Assembly: GCA_964016885.1 (NCBI GenBank)
Contig: OZ024746.1
Location: 27,466,001 to 27,530,000, forward strand
Source of the DNA: Eledone cirrhosa
Lineage: Eukaryota
Direction: 5' to 3'
Length of the DNA stretch: 64,000 bases
The notes under the pieces were generated by a model. It did not search any database, had not been told where the DNA came from, and saw only the letters and a program-made list of their open reading frames with translations. Positions 44,291-60,415 of the stretch are shown piece by piece; the stretch's first letter is position 1; each line of letters opens with the position of its first letter. The translations under genes were made by a program, and so were the position numbers.

Positions 44291-45251
44291 TTTATAGGCG
44301 GTATGTTTGTGTATGTATACGATGGCCTTCTAATATGTTTCCTTCAACCGGTGTATTGTGAGATGTAAAAATTTGCCTTACATGGCGTAGCAACGTGAGC
44401 AATGATTGATATAGTTGGTTACTAAGTTAGAATATTAAAACCTCTTCCATGCCACCATCCACTTCACCGTCTTGTAGCAGCTCTTATCTGGCAATCAAGC
44501 TTCTTCGGTGAGAAATACATATTAAGTTCTTAAGATATAACTAAATCAGAAACACTAACAGAAACCGAAAACAGATTATCAACTTTTCTTTCCTAGAGTT
44601 GTGAATAGGCATTTATTATAGTATTTGCTTAGGTTTACAGAAAACGTACGTCCACTATGGAATTTATTCTCACATAAAATACATTAATATAAAGGTAGAT
44701 TTATGAATTAATTTTGATTAGGTTCTTTAGAAAATCCCAGCCACTTTTTCTCTTAGCGTATACTAAAAAGAGAAAAATGTACTTTTAGAATTAACAGTCA
44801 TAGTCTAGTGATACTATATCCAATGCACATCTTGAGCATATGATTCCAGCTGTCATTCGGTGGGGTGTAGGGAAGAACTTAGAAATGATGTATGTGAGTC
44901 GTATTAAACGAAATAAGCGCACTTAGCCGAAGCGTAGGAAGTCATGTGAATATATCAACCACTTCTGTTTCATTGTTTAACATTATTGTATTCTATTCGT
45001 TCGATAAGTAGGGATATATTTTTCGATATTTCTATATTTATACGTTAATATATCTACATGACCCCCCTCCCTCTACTTTCACACCCAATTTTCTCCAACG
45101 TTTCTCATATCATAAATAAATCTGTATAGAAAGATACTTTAAAATCTTACGCCTGTGTTAGTTCTCCATTCCTTTCTTTCATTTTTCTTCCTATACAGCC
45201 ACACACACACACAAACAGACACACACACACACACACATACACACACACATA

Positions 45252-45308
<57 letters not shown>

Positions 45309-45353
45309 CATACATAGGCACACACATATACATATATATATAAATAAATATAC

Positions 45354-45389
<36 letters not shown>

Positions 45390-45946
45390 GAATATATAAA
45401 TGCATGATATGAATAAACGTGTGTATAATATGATGACTGTTTTCAATAACAATAATGAGAGCTTTAGTATTATTTATGAGGAAATCCACTCCCCGTATTT
45501 TTACTTCCCTACCTCATAGGTTGCTATTCATTAACAACTTCTACACAGAACTCCTTATCAAAGAGACCCAGGCGATCTTCATTCACTGGTGAAAAACCAA
45601 TAACTTACGAGTAGATATCATAAACAATAAGACCTAAATCAATCAGCATGATACGCTATTTGATAACTTTTATATCTTCCCATGTGATAAAGTACAGAAA
45701 AGTATTATATTGACAATATATCGGAGTTTGGACTGAGAATAACCAGGATTAACGTTTTCTTCCATCAGTATGAAACTCACAATAATATATATATTTTATA
45801 ACTTTCTTATCTTTCATCGCAAACGAACATTTACTTTCACAATGGAAACTAGGCTAGAATTGTGCAGAAAGTTTCGTTAAAGCATTAAGAAAGAAACTAT
45901 TCATCACTCAAAAAGATACTTGACTTGTCAATACTTATAGAATTTT

Positions 45947-45978
<32 letters not shown>

Positions 45979-46597
45979 TCTCTCTACATTTCTCTCGTTT
46001 CTCATCATATGCTTTAGACTCTCTTTCAATCATTCTCTCCCTCTTCTCTGACCATTCTTCCGGTCTTATTAGGTCATAATTTAACCCGACTTTTGCTATG
46101 CCTAATAGCAATGGCTATTTTCACAGCTACTTCCGAGATTGATATTCCGACAATTTTGTTATATTTCTTATAAACTCGTCGCTCCAATGCTTTTCAGTTT
46201 TGTTTGCATAAAATGAATGGATAACGCTACGAGGGGCAGGTAACTCTTTACATCTTTGTCTATCTATCTATTTTTATCTCTCTCTCCCTCCCTATCTATC
46301 CATATTTGTCTGTACCTCTGTCTCTTTTGCCCCTCCCCTATGCTGCTACCATCGCTGCTGCTGCTGCTACTTCCGCCATCTTCTCATGCACTGTTGCTGT
46401 GGTTTTCGTCAGAATAACTAACAGCCTCTTTCTCTGCTGACCATGGTTCAATGTAGACTTTCTTCCACTGCTCACTTGTCGTGTTTTGTTTCTCTTTATA
46501 CCGGCGTTATACCAACAGAAATTTCGATTCTGTTGCGCGGGCCAGTCCTAAATACACGTGACGACTGGGAGAAAGTATATATATATATATATATATA

Positions 46598-49993
<3,396 letters not shown>

Positions 49994-50036
49994 TGTCTCC
50001 CAGTCGTCACATAAAATTCTGTGTACATGTTATTTG

Positions 50037-50100
<64 letters not shown>

Positions 50101-50102
<2 letters not shown>

Positions 50103-50274
50103 AACGAGTAGGACCCCGACGGCTGAGCTCAAGCCGTTTCCACGGCTAATTCCGTCGAAACAGCTTGAGCTCAGCGGTCGGGGTCCTACTCGTTCCTATT
50201 ATCCACTCTACTACCCTAACTATTGAGTACTTTGGTGCGTTATGGTCCACCTGGTTCCTTACCACATTTCCTTC

Positions 50275-50278
<4 letters not shown>
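50101..50278 (+). mobile_element. Fold-back element, family X
   Basis: ggaacgagtaggaccccgac...gtcggggtcctactcgttcc followed by the family tail. (TA)n on both sides. Confidence 0.75.
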
Positions 50279-50308
<30 letters not shown>

Positions 50309-51876
50309 GTTGCCAACTCGTTTTCGAGTACGGCCACTACTTTATATCCATGTAGGAGAACCCCTACCGATGTGCTGAACGAGTGTGACTTTTTAGTCCA
50401 GCCAGCGACTTGAAAACTCTGGTACAAACACTACACTTGTGACAATTATTGACACATAGTGCTGGGCCCATGGTACCATGTGACGACAAGTGCAGAGAGA
50501 TCTCCAGATATAAAGCAATGCCTGTGCCGTGAAGCTTTTATAGTGAGCAAAGGTACTGCACAAAGCCAGTCCCACTCTCTTAACCAAGATGATATTTACC
50601 AAAAAGAAGAACAAGTCAAAATCATTGGATACTATCAGAGTTGCAGGTGTTATATCAGAGTTTTCCTTCTGCTAGAATATATATATAAGTATATATAAGT
50701 ATGTATACGTACATACATATTTGTATACAGACGTACAGTAGTATGTATATATATATATACATACATGCACACATATATATATGTACGTATGGATTCACCG
50801 AACATTTATTATAATACTCGGTGTGTTTGTAAACAAACATCCTGAATTAAGCCGTACATCGTTGCTCATTTGTTCAACACTGACAAAGGAACGCTGTACT
50901 AGTTTCAAGCTTTGCTGCAAAGCATGGCGTCCGACTCTCTACTGATACTGTCTGTACTGATACTTCCAATCCACCGCTGTGGATTATAATACTAATAATG
51001 ATAAGCAAAATAAAGTGCATCCTTACGTGGTCGATAAAATAAAGTACCAGTAATGTACTGAGTAATTGCTGGCCTTGTGCCTAAAGTAGAAACAATTATT
51101 ATATTATAATTTAGATTTGACATCGTTTAAACTAAACATTTTGAGAGAGTTTAGAGATACAACAACAATAGTTTTTTTGGTGTTGTTGTTGTTGTTAGCT
51201 GTTTGACCGGGTCACTAAATCAGTCTATTTATATCTTTTTATATCTTTTGGTGACTTCCTCGCTTCTAGTCATGTATCGTGGCACTACTACTATCCCTCT
51301 CTTAACAGGAGGTAGTGGGGTAATAGTGGTGTTAGCGATGATGCAGTGGTGACGGTGGTGATGGGATAGTAATACTGTAGTGATGGTGTTGTGATGGTGT
51401 TGTTGTAGCTGTTGGTTTTGATTTGTATCTAGCTACATTTTTCGTGGTAGCGGCGGTGGTGAAATTATTTGGCTGTTGTTTTCTTCCATTTGTACCCATT
51501 TTCTTTTTTGACTATACAATTTTTGATACAAAATTAAGTATTAAATATTGGAGCCCTATGCCATAATTTTATGCGTTGTCACTTCCTGAGTGTAAAGACT
51601 GGTATCTTATGTCCCATTTGTAATAAGAATTATTCTATCAGAATTGTTTTAAATATGTAAAAAATCAAAAATTTACAGGAGCGATTCCATAACACTCTAT
51701 CCACCATGTGCGTATCTTCTTCTTCTTCTTCTTCTTCTTCTTCTTCTTCTTCTTCTTCTTCTTCTTCTTCTTCTTCTTCTTCTTCTTCTTCTTCTTCTTC
51801 TTCTTCTTCTTCTTCTTCTTCTTCTTCTTCTTCTTCTTCTTCTTCTTCTAGATATATGTGTGTGTGTGTGCGTGGG

Positions 51877-51907
<31 letters not shown>

Positions 51908-52289
51908 ATATGTATGTATGTTTGACTGTGTGTCTGTGTGCTCTTCTTACTATAAACATATATTTTAATATTTTCGTGTCTAATTATTTTTGCTGATACT
52001 TTATTTCCAGTCAGAAGACACAGGTGTATATTCCAATAAATTTCATTTTGATGCAACTTAATAGAAGAACGGAGAAAGCGTCTATTAAATTATAGTGTCT
52101 TTTCTTGCAAAAACGCTGTTCTCTATAATTATATTTTCAAAACTGCTGAGTTAGTTTTAAGTATTTTTAAGTACCTAAAATAATAATTTATTGTACAACA
52201 TCGCTACGTTGTAATACAGTCGTTAGAAGTGGATGCCTCAGACGCCAAAAATTTGCATCATTATTATAATCATCATCATCATCATCATC

Positions 52290-52336
<47 letters not shown>

Positions 52337-53574
52337 AACCGTCATCGTCAACCTCGTTAACATCGTTATATCATTATTACTATTTGTGTTTTCCTGTTCA
52401 GTTTTGATTCTATTTCTTGCCTGGTGTCTTCCTGACACCTACAAAATAGAATCTCGCTGTATACTTTGATAACTGCGAAAATAAACACACCACAATGTTC
52501 ACATCACGCATTTTGTACAATTACATATATCTCATTTGCTTTATACATCTGCACATGATCTATTCAAAATCATATTTACAACAAATTAATAATAAATCAT
52601 ATAAGAGTGCTCGATTACTTGCAGCTCACATAATTATGGAATATAATCAATTAAAGTTATGTAATCAAAATTACGTATATGATTATCCTTTTCAAAGTGA
52701 TAGTGCCCTTCTCAATACGTGTACCCCGTACTAGTTAAAACAATGTTTTGTACTTCTTTCGGTGGTGGTAAGCTAGGGATCATTCTAAAATAATTTCCTA
52801 TTCGTATTCCAACAATACTTGTCCTCCTACAATCACTCGTATTTTAACCACCTTGAGATGCCACATTTGATCAGTTTCAATGAGCAAATCTTTATAATTT
52901 CTGAGCTTGTCTAATTCTCTTGCCGCAATATTGTGATCACATTGTATGCTCATATAAATCAATAAAGATACTTTGTTATTTTGGTCTTTTACAATAATAT
53001 CCGGTCTATTAGCTTTGATATTTCTCTCTGTATATACAGGAAAGTCCCCTAAGAATCGTTATCTCCCTCAGTTACAGCCTCAAGGGGATTATTATATCAC
53101 TTGTCAGCAATTTTGAATTCATAATGCCGACATATTAATAAGTGTAGATATTAGCTAATTCTATCATGCTTTGATGTATACTCTACTGGCTCTAAAACCC
53201 TTCTTTTCAATCTCATCATTGCAAAATAGGCACTTTGGATATAGGGGGTTAAGAAATATCATCCACAAAAAAGAACAGCTGGTTGTCTACAAAGCGAATC
53301 AATCAGAGTGCAACCAATGCAGAAGACGACAGCAATAGAAGCAGCAAAAACAACTACTACAAAGTACGTGAAACAAATGAAAATTATAAAATTGATGTCT
53401 AAGCATTGAAAAATTTGGCACCGTCGCCAACATCAACTTTACCAGGATAACAAAAAAATCCAACACAGCCAAATACCACGATAATTCAAGCACCAAACTA
53501 ATCTAAATTCAACAAGATTTTGGCCAACATTGCTGTTCCGTCTGAGATGCTGATCGCGACAGCTAAAAATACCA

Positions 53575-53766
53575 TCAGATATAGATGTGCATCCACAAAA
53601 ACAAGATGACCGGAGGTAGCCCCACAAGTGTAAGGAATAAAGCTCTCTTCGGTAAGGTTCTGATGAATAGAGTCAACCATCGATATTCGCATGTTTCCGT
53701 CTCGACAACAGAGGCTGGTACAACATCATCTGCTCTGTGGTTCCAAATTTCTTGGTCACTTGTGGC
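53575..53766 (-). CDS. Possible terminal coding exon of a host gene with hydrophobic C-terminus
   Basis: Acceptor-like ttttattgtatAG, then a phase-0 open frame ATSDQEIWNHRADD...KRALFLTLVGLPPVILFLWMHIYI*, followed by about 1 kb of non-repetitive UTR-like sequence. No homology recognised. Confidence 0.3.
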   Translation of the reverse strand, partial: ATSDQEIWNHRADDVVPASVVETETCEYRWLTLFIRTLPKRALFLTLVGLPPVILFLWMHIYI

Positions 53767-54086
53767 CTATACAATAAAATGTTTACGACTGTTTATTTAT
53801 AGAGTCGGTAGAGCATCGGAAAAATGCGTTATGGTATGTGTAATGGTTGACATTCCACTGAGGCCATCATCGATTTTTTTCCTTCCAGGGTCGATAAAAT
53901 AAAATGACCTTATGCCGCCACACACACACGGCGCACAAACACACCTATATATATATATATATATGCAACTTAATAAACATGCATATGTCTATATATAATT
54001 TTGATAATTTGCCTGTCTTCTTTTTGTCATTGAACGCTAGGTTAGTATTATTTACACGCGCGCACGTACACACACACACACGAGCG

Positions 54087-54183
<97 letters not shown>

Positions 54184-54341
54184 CACACATATATATATAT
54201 ATATTTACTCAATTCCATTCAATAATTCTTAAAAGACGGTTTACTGATTTTTCTTATTCATATAGTGTAATGCTACCTGAATTGGGCAATCGATCATTTT
54301 ACCTACAATCGAACATCGTTTATTTATTTATTTATTTATTC

Positions 54342-54393
<52 letters not shown>

Positions 54394-54606
54394 GAATGGC
54401 ATGGTTGACGGAGGCTCGGCTCTGTAAGGTATAGTAATTTTTAACTGTTAAAACAATTGTAAATTGTTTAAAACTTGAACCAAATTGTTGATAAAGACAC
54501 CCTCCTCCTCGTGAGAGGGGTCTTTCTGTCCGTTATTTGGCCCTTCGGGGTTAAATAACCAGTTATTGGGGTTTTGTACCCCAAATTTAATTTTAAACAA
54601 AAAAAC

Positions 54607-56700
54607 ATGGCTACGAAAAAGAAATTTCATACGTCACTCCCACTCATTCCGTCTTCTTCTTCCTCAATCATCACTACAGCAGAGAGAAGATTGTCTCTCT
54701 CCCTCCCTTCTTTAAATGTGTCTCTCTCCCTCCCTTCTCTTTCGCAAGCGATGAAAGAAAAGAAAAGTCTCGTGCAAAGCGTGCAAGGTTTCTCCACGAC
54801 GACGACGACAGCGACGAAACACGTGTGCGGGAAATACGAAAACCCAGTTCATTCGTCTGACGTCAGGAATAATAGCAGTAGCAGCCGTAATAACAACAGC
54901 AACAGTGACAATGAAAACAACAGAAGCAGCCGCAACAGCATCACCAGCAGCATAAACAACAACAGCATTAGCAGCAGCAACACCAACAACAACCACAGCA
55001 ACAGCGGCGGAGGCAGTAGTCGTAGTACCTGCAGCAACAACAAAAGTACCAGCAGCTCTGACGACAACAACAACAGCAGAGAAAAACCAATCTCATTTGC
55101 AGGTATTGCGAAAAACTTGGAAACAATCCTCATAACAAATGAGGAATTAGAGGAAGCGAAGAAGATGGTGACAAAGAACGGACACCGAGCAATCTGCAAG
55201 GCAGCGAAAAATTTTTTCGAAACCCAAGAGCACTGTACGGTCACGTACCGTACAGTAAGTACAAAATCCCGTAGGGTGGAAAGAGCCACAGAGGCCCAAA
55301 TACAAAAAGCCTTGGGGTCTGTGTGGCAGCGGAAAACGCACATCACCCGAGGCAAAAAATATGCCACCGTAGACGTACTTTTTGCCACACCCCAGGAGGC
55401 AAAGGCCCAATCAGTAGTGACCCTAAGGAGCGAGGAAATGGTGTTGGTGCCCTCCTACTGTGGGCAAAAAATTGTGAGGGTCAAACTAACCCACGTCCCC
55501 CCCGGAATGACCCCTTCTTGGCTGGCCGCGTCTGTCCTCGTCGGAATCGAGGACAAAACAACTGTACTGCAAGTACAGAAAAAAGTAAGAGAAGATTGGG
55601 TCGGCTCCTCCATTGAGATGCTAATCCAAACCAACCAGGAGTGCATCGAAGCTATCCCGGATGTGATAGACTTCGATAACGGCACTCAACTGCCCATAAG
55701 TGTTGAGGGCAAACGCCCGAAATGCTTTCGCTGTGGATCGAAGACTCACCTCAGGGCCTTCTGCAACGAGAAGACCCTGAGAAAGGAGAAAACCTCCCTC
55801 CTTCCGAATCCGGCTCCACGGCTACCAGCAACAGGACAAGCGGCAACCAGGAACGATAGGTCCGTGGCACCCATACCCACTCCACGGAAATCAAAAACAG
55901 CAGCAGCAGTGGAAATATTAACAACAACAACAGCAATACCAAATGCAGCTGCAACAGAGACTCCAGTGCAAACATCACCAACAACAAGTGAAAGAGTGGA
56001 GCTGGTACCCCTCCCCGACCTCACAGAATCAGACATGGAGTGTGAGGTGGGAGAGGGATGGCAAAAGGTCGTAAGAAGGCACAAACGCAGAAGCAGCGCA
56101 TCGTCGCCTTTGAAAAGGGAGGAAAGAAATGAGAAAAGGGTAAAGTCTACTGCAAAGAGACCCACAGCAGCAACAACACCAACACCATCACCACCCACAC
56201 TAGCGCCACCATCACCACCGGCGACAACCCCACCGCCAACAACACCTTCAACACCACCACCACAAGCACCAACATCGCAAACACAACAACAAAACACACA
56301 CACCCAGCAACAACGACAAGAAAATAGCAGAACCACACCCCACCCCCAGAAAAACAAATGCACGGCAATAAATACACACAACAAGAAACTAATGACTTAC
56401 ATAATTGAACACACAGACATTTCACAACAGGACTACATAATACCAGCACCAATCAAAACGCCAACTAACATAAGACTGCTAAAAATAGCACAGAAACAAT
56501 ACACAAACATTAAAACGAAATTCCCCAACGCAGTTGGTGATTTCAGGGACCTAGGAGGAACCATCAATCGAAGAGTATACTCAGACATTCTCTTAGAAGA
56601 GCCGACGACCAGCCGAAGGGACGATTCAACGGTCCCTTCACCAGACGATCAAGTGAAAAGGGATGTAAAAACCATCCCTCCTCTACCAAAAGTACGGTAA
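54607..56700 (+). CDS. ORF1 gag-like nucleic-acid-binding protein of the Tx1-type element (~697 aa from first ATG)
   Basis: Open frame 54574-56700, first ATG at 54607. CCHC knuckle CFRCGSKTHLRAFC, Ser/Asn-rich N-terminal part, Pro/Thr-rich region, basic WQKVVRRHKRR motif typical of L1/Tx1 ORF1. Confidence 0.88.
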   Translation: MATKKKFHTSLPLIPSSSSSIITTAERRLSLSLPSLNVSLSLPSLSQAMKEKKSLVQSVQGFSTTTTTATKHVCGKYENPVHSSDVRNNSSSSRNNNSNSDNENNRSSRNSITSSINNNSISSSNTNNNHSNSGGGSSRSTCSNNKSTSSSDDNNNSREKPISFAGIAKNLETILITNEELEEAKKMVTKNGHRAICKAAKNFFETQEHCTVTYRTVSTKSRRVERATEAQIQKALGSVWQRKTHITRGKKYATVDVLFATPQEAKAQSVVTLRSEEMVLVPSYCGQKIVRVKLTHVPPGMTPSWLAASVLVGIEDKTTVLQVQKKVREDWVGSSIEMLIQTNQECIEAIPDVIDFDNGTQLPISVEGKRPKCFRCGSKTHLRAFCNEKTLRKEKTSLLPNPAPRLPATGQAATRNDRSVAPIPTPRKSKTAAAVEILTTTTAIPNAAATETPVQTSPTTSERVELVPLPDLTESDMECEVGEGWQKVVRRHKRRSSASSPLKREERNEKRVKSTAKRPTAATTPTPSPPTLAPPSPPATTPPPTTPSTPPPQAPTSQTQQQNTHTQQQRQENSRTTPHPQKNKCTAINTHNKKLMTYIIEHTDISQQDYIIPAPIKTPTNIRLLKIAQKQYTNIKTKFPNAVGDFRDLGGTINRRVYSDILLEEPTTSRRDDSTVPSPDDQVKRDVKTIPPLPKVR

Positions 56701-56735
56701 GTGGTCTTTCCCATCTTTTCCACTCTATTTTAAAC

Positions 56736-59700
56736 ATGACCTCACTCAGAATAGGCAGCATAAATGCGCGTGGCTTGGGGTCGTCATGGAAGCAGGGTCA
56801 CCTGCTCAACGACCTCAGGTCACTAAACATAGATGTAGTGGCCATCAGCGAGACCAGAATCTCCGAAGCACGGGCCTTCGCACCGATCTTCGGCGGCTAC
56901 GATGTGTACGCATCTCCCAGCCGTCCTGGATCCGGTGGAGGAGTTGCTGTGCTTTTTCGGAGAGGTTTGGATCTCGCCATACGGGCCATCTTCCTGGACC
57001 CAGAGGGTAAGCTGGTGGTGCTGGACGTGACCAGCGGAGACGGGCAAGCTTTCAGGCTAGTGGCCGTCTATGCCCCGACAGGAGCAGGGCGGCCTGATTT
57101 CTTCCGGCGTCTGGAGACCTTTCTTGGAACGTCCCGCTCTTTAGTGTTAGTGGGCGACTGGAACGGGATCTTAGATGCACGCTGGGACTGTGTGGGATTA
57201 GCGGATAGGGGTGGAGGGTGCAAGAGCCTCACCAACCTGCTCAGGCGTTTTGAACTGTCTGACAGGTACCGATTGGATTTCCCGAATGTGCCAATGTGGA
57301 CTTGGACAAACCGCATAGGGTCATCCAGATCATATCTAGATAGAGTATTTTGTAGGGAAATAGATAGGTCTAGCATAGGCTGTCCACAATTCAAGATAGT
57401 CAGCTACACGGACCACAAATTTGTGATCTGTGTGCTTGACTTAGATAGGCTTCATAGACGAGGACCCGGCTACTGGAAGCTAAACGCGTCCTTACCAGCG
57501 CGCAAGGCCTACAGAGACCGGATTAGCGAACTAGTTAAGCGGGCGTTGACGGGGGCCATCGTCAACAACAAGTGGTGGTTTGCTCTGAAAAGAGCGATTA
57601 GAATAGAATCGATTAGGTTTAGTAAGGCTTTAGCAATAGAGAAAAATAGAGCAGAGGGAGAACTAGTTAGAAAATTAGACGAGGCGCTTAGCAAAGGCAT
57701 TGCGACCGACGTGCTTGCGGCGAAATTGGCCCTTGACCAATTCTTCAATGCAAAGCACGAAGGCTGCGTTGTCAGAGCTAGGGTGCGTGCTCTCAGACAC
57801 GAGGGGACGAAAGCCGTTCAATGGGCCCGAGTGGCGGAGGCGCGTCGTGGCAACAAAGCCACGATCCGGTCTTTGGTGGACCACGACGGGCGCATGCTAC
57901 TCGATCCCGGGCAAATGTGTGAAGCTTTTCAGCAACACTTCGCTCAGCTGTTCGGGGGCAGCGGGGGGCCGGGTAGAGGGATGGACTTTAGTGTCTACCT
58001 CGACGGACTGCCGCGGCTCTCGGCCACTGAGGCGAAGTGTTGCGAAAAGCCGATAACAGCCGCTGAAGTAAGGGAGGCGATGACTGGCTGCACAAGGGGC
58101 AAATCGCCTGGTTTGGATGGTCTGCCCTATGAACTTTACGTACAGATGCCAGACTTGTTCGGAGGCCTCTTGGCGGACGTCTACTGCAACTGGCAACAGA
58201 ACGGGAGAATTCCCAGTTCTGTGAGCCGAGGAGCGGTGGCACTGCTGAGAAAGGATCCGAACAAGGGGGATAACATAGACAATTTCCGGCCCATAACTCT
58301 GCTAAACACAGAGTTTAAGATTTTGGCCAAGGTGCTAGCAAAGAGGTTGGCGCTTGTCGTTGGTGGTCTGGTGGGAGAGGCGCAGACATGCGCCATTCCC
58401 GACAGATCCATCCACGACAACCTCCACCTCATGCGATACATCGTAGAGAGGGTAGCTAGGGAACCTGGCACGGGTGGGTCCTTGATCAATTTAGATCAGT
58501 CGAAAGCTTTCGATAGGGTCGACCATCGTTACCTAGCGGCAGTCCTGAGGGCGGCTGGCTTTGGGCCCGTCTTCAGAGGCTGGATCGCTGCCATGCACAG
58601 CGACATCTGCTCTGTGGTGAGAGTGAACGGTCACCTGTCGGAACCGTTCAACATCATGCGCTCGGTCCGCCAAGGATGTCCCCTCTCGTCCCTCTTGTAC
58701 GTATTGACTCTCGAGCCATTACTGCACAAACTGGAGACGTTGAGGGGAGTCCCGCGCGAACTAGGATGCGGAAGATCCGTGTCAGCATATGCGGACGATG
58801 TCACCGTAGTGGTGTCGAACGCCAAACACATCGAGGCGATCGGCACTACACTAAGAGAATACGAAGCGGTGACAGGAGCAATGATCAACCAGGAAAAGTC
58901 AGTGGGCCTGCAGCTCGGCACCTGGAGAGGCAGGTCCATGCCGTCCAACAGCGTCGTCGGGCGCTGGACGGACGGACCGGTTAAATTGCTAGGGGTCTGG
59001 TTCGGTCCGGACCTCCAGACGGACAAAAACTGGGACGAGGTGACGAGCAGGGTGGCTTCTCTCACCCAGAAATGGGCGGAGAGGAAGCTATCCCTGAAAG
59101 GTCGAGCGGAGGTGGCTAACGCGTACATCGCGTCTGTCATCTGCTACCGCCTAACCGTCGTACCTTGTCCTAAGCCTCGCCTGACTGCGCTGGAGCGTTT
59201 GCTCTTTCGCTTTTTGTGGAAGGGACGTGCTCCGATGGTCAGGCGGTCCATCTGTTGTCAACACCCGCTACGTGGAGGGCTGGGCATGCCGTGGCTGATG
59301 ATGCGCAGGCACGCGCTCAGGCTACGACATCTCCACCTCTTCCTCGACGGTGATCAGGTGTGGTCGCCGTTTGCTAGACGCGTTTTTCCCCAGCTCGTTT
59401 CCTTGACGGAGCTGCAGTCCTGGGTCAAGCGAAGACCGAGAGGGAGCGCCTGGAGACTGGAATGTCTTCAGGCGCTCACAGCCCTCGACCAATCGGGCAA
59501 TGTGATCGGTGGAAACTCCACCTCGGCGTTCTATAGAGGATTAGTGGAGGGGAAGAGCGACGACGTACTTGGGGAAACTCTAGGCGTCGACGAAAATCAA
59601 CTAGCCAATCTCTTCGGAAGAACTTTCGGGCCAGGGCCTATGGACAACTTCCAGAAATCTCTGGCCTGGCAGTGCTACCGAGGAGCCTTGCCAGTTCGGG

Positions 59701-60155
59701 ATAAACTCTACAGGCATGGAGGTGCCGTCAGCCGGGCATGTCCGAGATGCGCGCAGGGCGACGAAACCGTCCTGCACGCACTCGTCCAGTGTCCGAAAAT
59801 TGCTGACTTGTGGGTTTATGTCGAACACCTGCTGTCGCGTTTAGGACGGATCCAGCTATCATCTGAGTCTATCGTGAGGATTGCCCCGCCCTCCTCCTTT
59901 AGCCGGGAAGGGCAGGCAGTTTTTATCTGTCTGGTGGCCATGGCGAAAGAGATAGTATGGTGGACACGTTTGAAAGGGCTGAAGACGAGCACTTACCTCT
60001 TCGGTGATGCTCTGATTGACTTTTTCAAATTTCATTTGAAAAGGAAAATCAGAGTAGAGAAGGAAGTGCTCTCTTCCCAGCATTTTGTTGAAAGATGGGT
60101 GAGAGAAGCAAGAATGGCCCGAGTGAATGGGCCGACTCTGAGTATATATCTGTAA
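56736..60155 (+). CDS. ORF2: APE endonuclease + reverse transcriptase + C-terminal CCHC (1139 aa)
   Basis: APE motifs INARGL, ISET, VYAP, GDWN, YLDR, TDH. RT motifs SPGLDG, FRPITLLNTEFKILAK, LDQSKAFDRV, RQGCPLS, YADD. C-terminal CPRC..ETVLHALVQC. No stops or frameshifts. Confidence 0.96.
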   Translation: MTSLRIGSINARGLGSSWKQGHLLNDLRSLNIDVVAISETRISEARAFAPIFGGYDVYASPSRPGSGGGVAVLFRRGLDLAIRAIFLDPEGKLVVLDVTSGDGQAFRLVAVYAPTGAGRPDFFRRLETFLGTSRSLVLVGDWNGILDARWDCVGLADRGGGCKSLTNLLRRFELSDRYRLDFPNVPMWTWTNRIGSSRSYLDRVFCREIDRSSIGCPQFKIVSYTDHKFVICVLDLDRLHRRGPGYWKLNASLPARKAYRDRISELVKRALTGAIVNNKWWFALKRAIRIESIRFSKALAIEKNRAEGELVRKLDEALSKGIATDVLAAKLALDQFFNAKHEGCVVRARVRALRHEGTKAVQWARVAEARRGNKATIRSLVDHDGRMLLDPGQMCEAFQQHFAQLFGGSGGPGRGMDFSVYLDGLPRLSATEAKCCEKPITAAEVREAMTGCTRGKSPGLDGLPYELYVQMPDLFGGLLADVYCNWQQNGRIPSSVSRGAVALLRKDPNKGDNIDNFRPITLLNTEFKILAKVLAKRLALVVGGLVGEAQTCAIPDRSIHDNLHLMRYIVERVAREPGTGGSLINLDQSKAFDRVDHRYLAAVLRAAGFGPVFRGWIAAMHSDICSVVRVNGHLSEPFNIMRSVRQGCPLSSLLYVLTLEPLLHKLETLRGVPRELGCGRSVSAYADDVTVVVSNAKHIEAIGTTLREYEAVTGAMINQEKSVGLQLGTWRGRSMPSNSVVGRWTDGPVKLLGVWFGPDLQTDKNWDEVTSRVASLTQKWAERKLSLKGRAEVANAYIASVICYRLTVVPCPKPRLTALERLLFRFLWKGRAPMVRRSICCQHPLRGGLGMPWLMMRRHALRLRHLHLFLDGDQVWSPFARRVFPQLVSLTELQSWVKRRPRGSAWRLECLQALTALDQSGNVIGGNSTSAFYRGLVEGKSDDVLGETLGVDENQLANLFGRTFGPGPMDNFQKSLAWQCYRGALPVRDKLYRHGGAVSRACPRCAQGDETVLHALVQCPKIADLWVYVEHLLSRLGRIQLSSESIVRIAPPSSFSREGQAVFICLVAMAKEIVWWTRLKGLKTSTYLFGDALIDFFKFHLKRKIRVEKEVLSSQHFVERWVREARMARVNGPTLSIYL

Positions 60156-60415
60156 ACTAAAGGTGGAAAACTGGGAGAGGGCACTTGCCTTGGTGGTCAG
60201 GGTCATTGTGGCTTTTTACTGGGCTTTCTCCACAAATGTCCCTCCGAAGTCTCCCCCCTATTGGGGAATTTTTCATTGTTATTTTCATTGTTATTTTTGT
60301 TACATCCTCTGTTTTTGTTTTTTTACACGCAGAAATGCCCATTTGTACCGTCCTGCATTGTCCTGCACTGTCCTTAATGTCTACTTTATGTAAACCCTTG
60401 TGGTTAATAAAGAAA

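Noticed and set aside
50305-50650. Possible solo LTR
   Set aside because: No clear TG..CA termini, TSD or second copy.
54712-59828. Antisense and alternate-frame ORFs over the Tx1 element
   Set aside because: Shadow ORFs of GC-rich coding sequence with no recognisable motifs.
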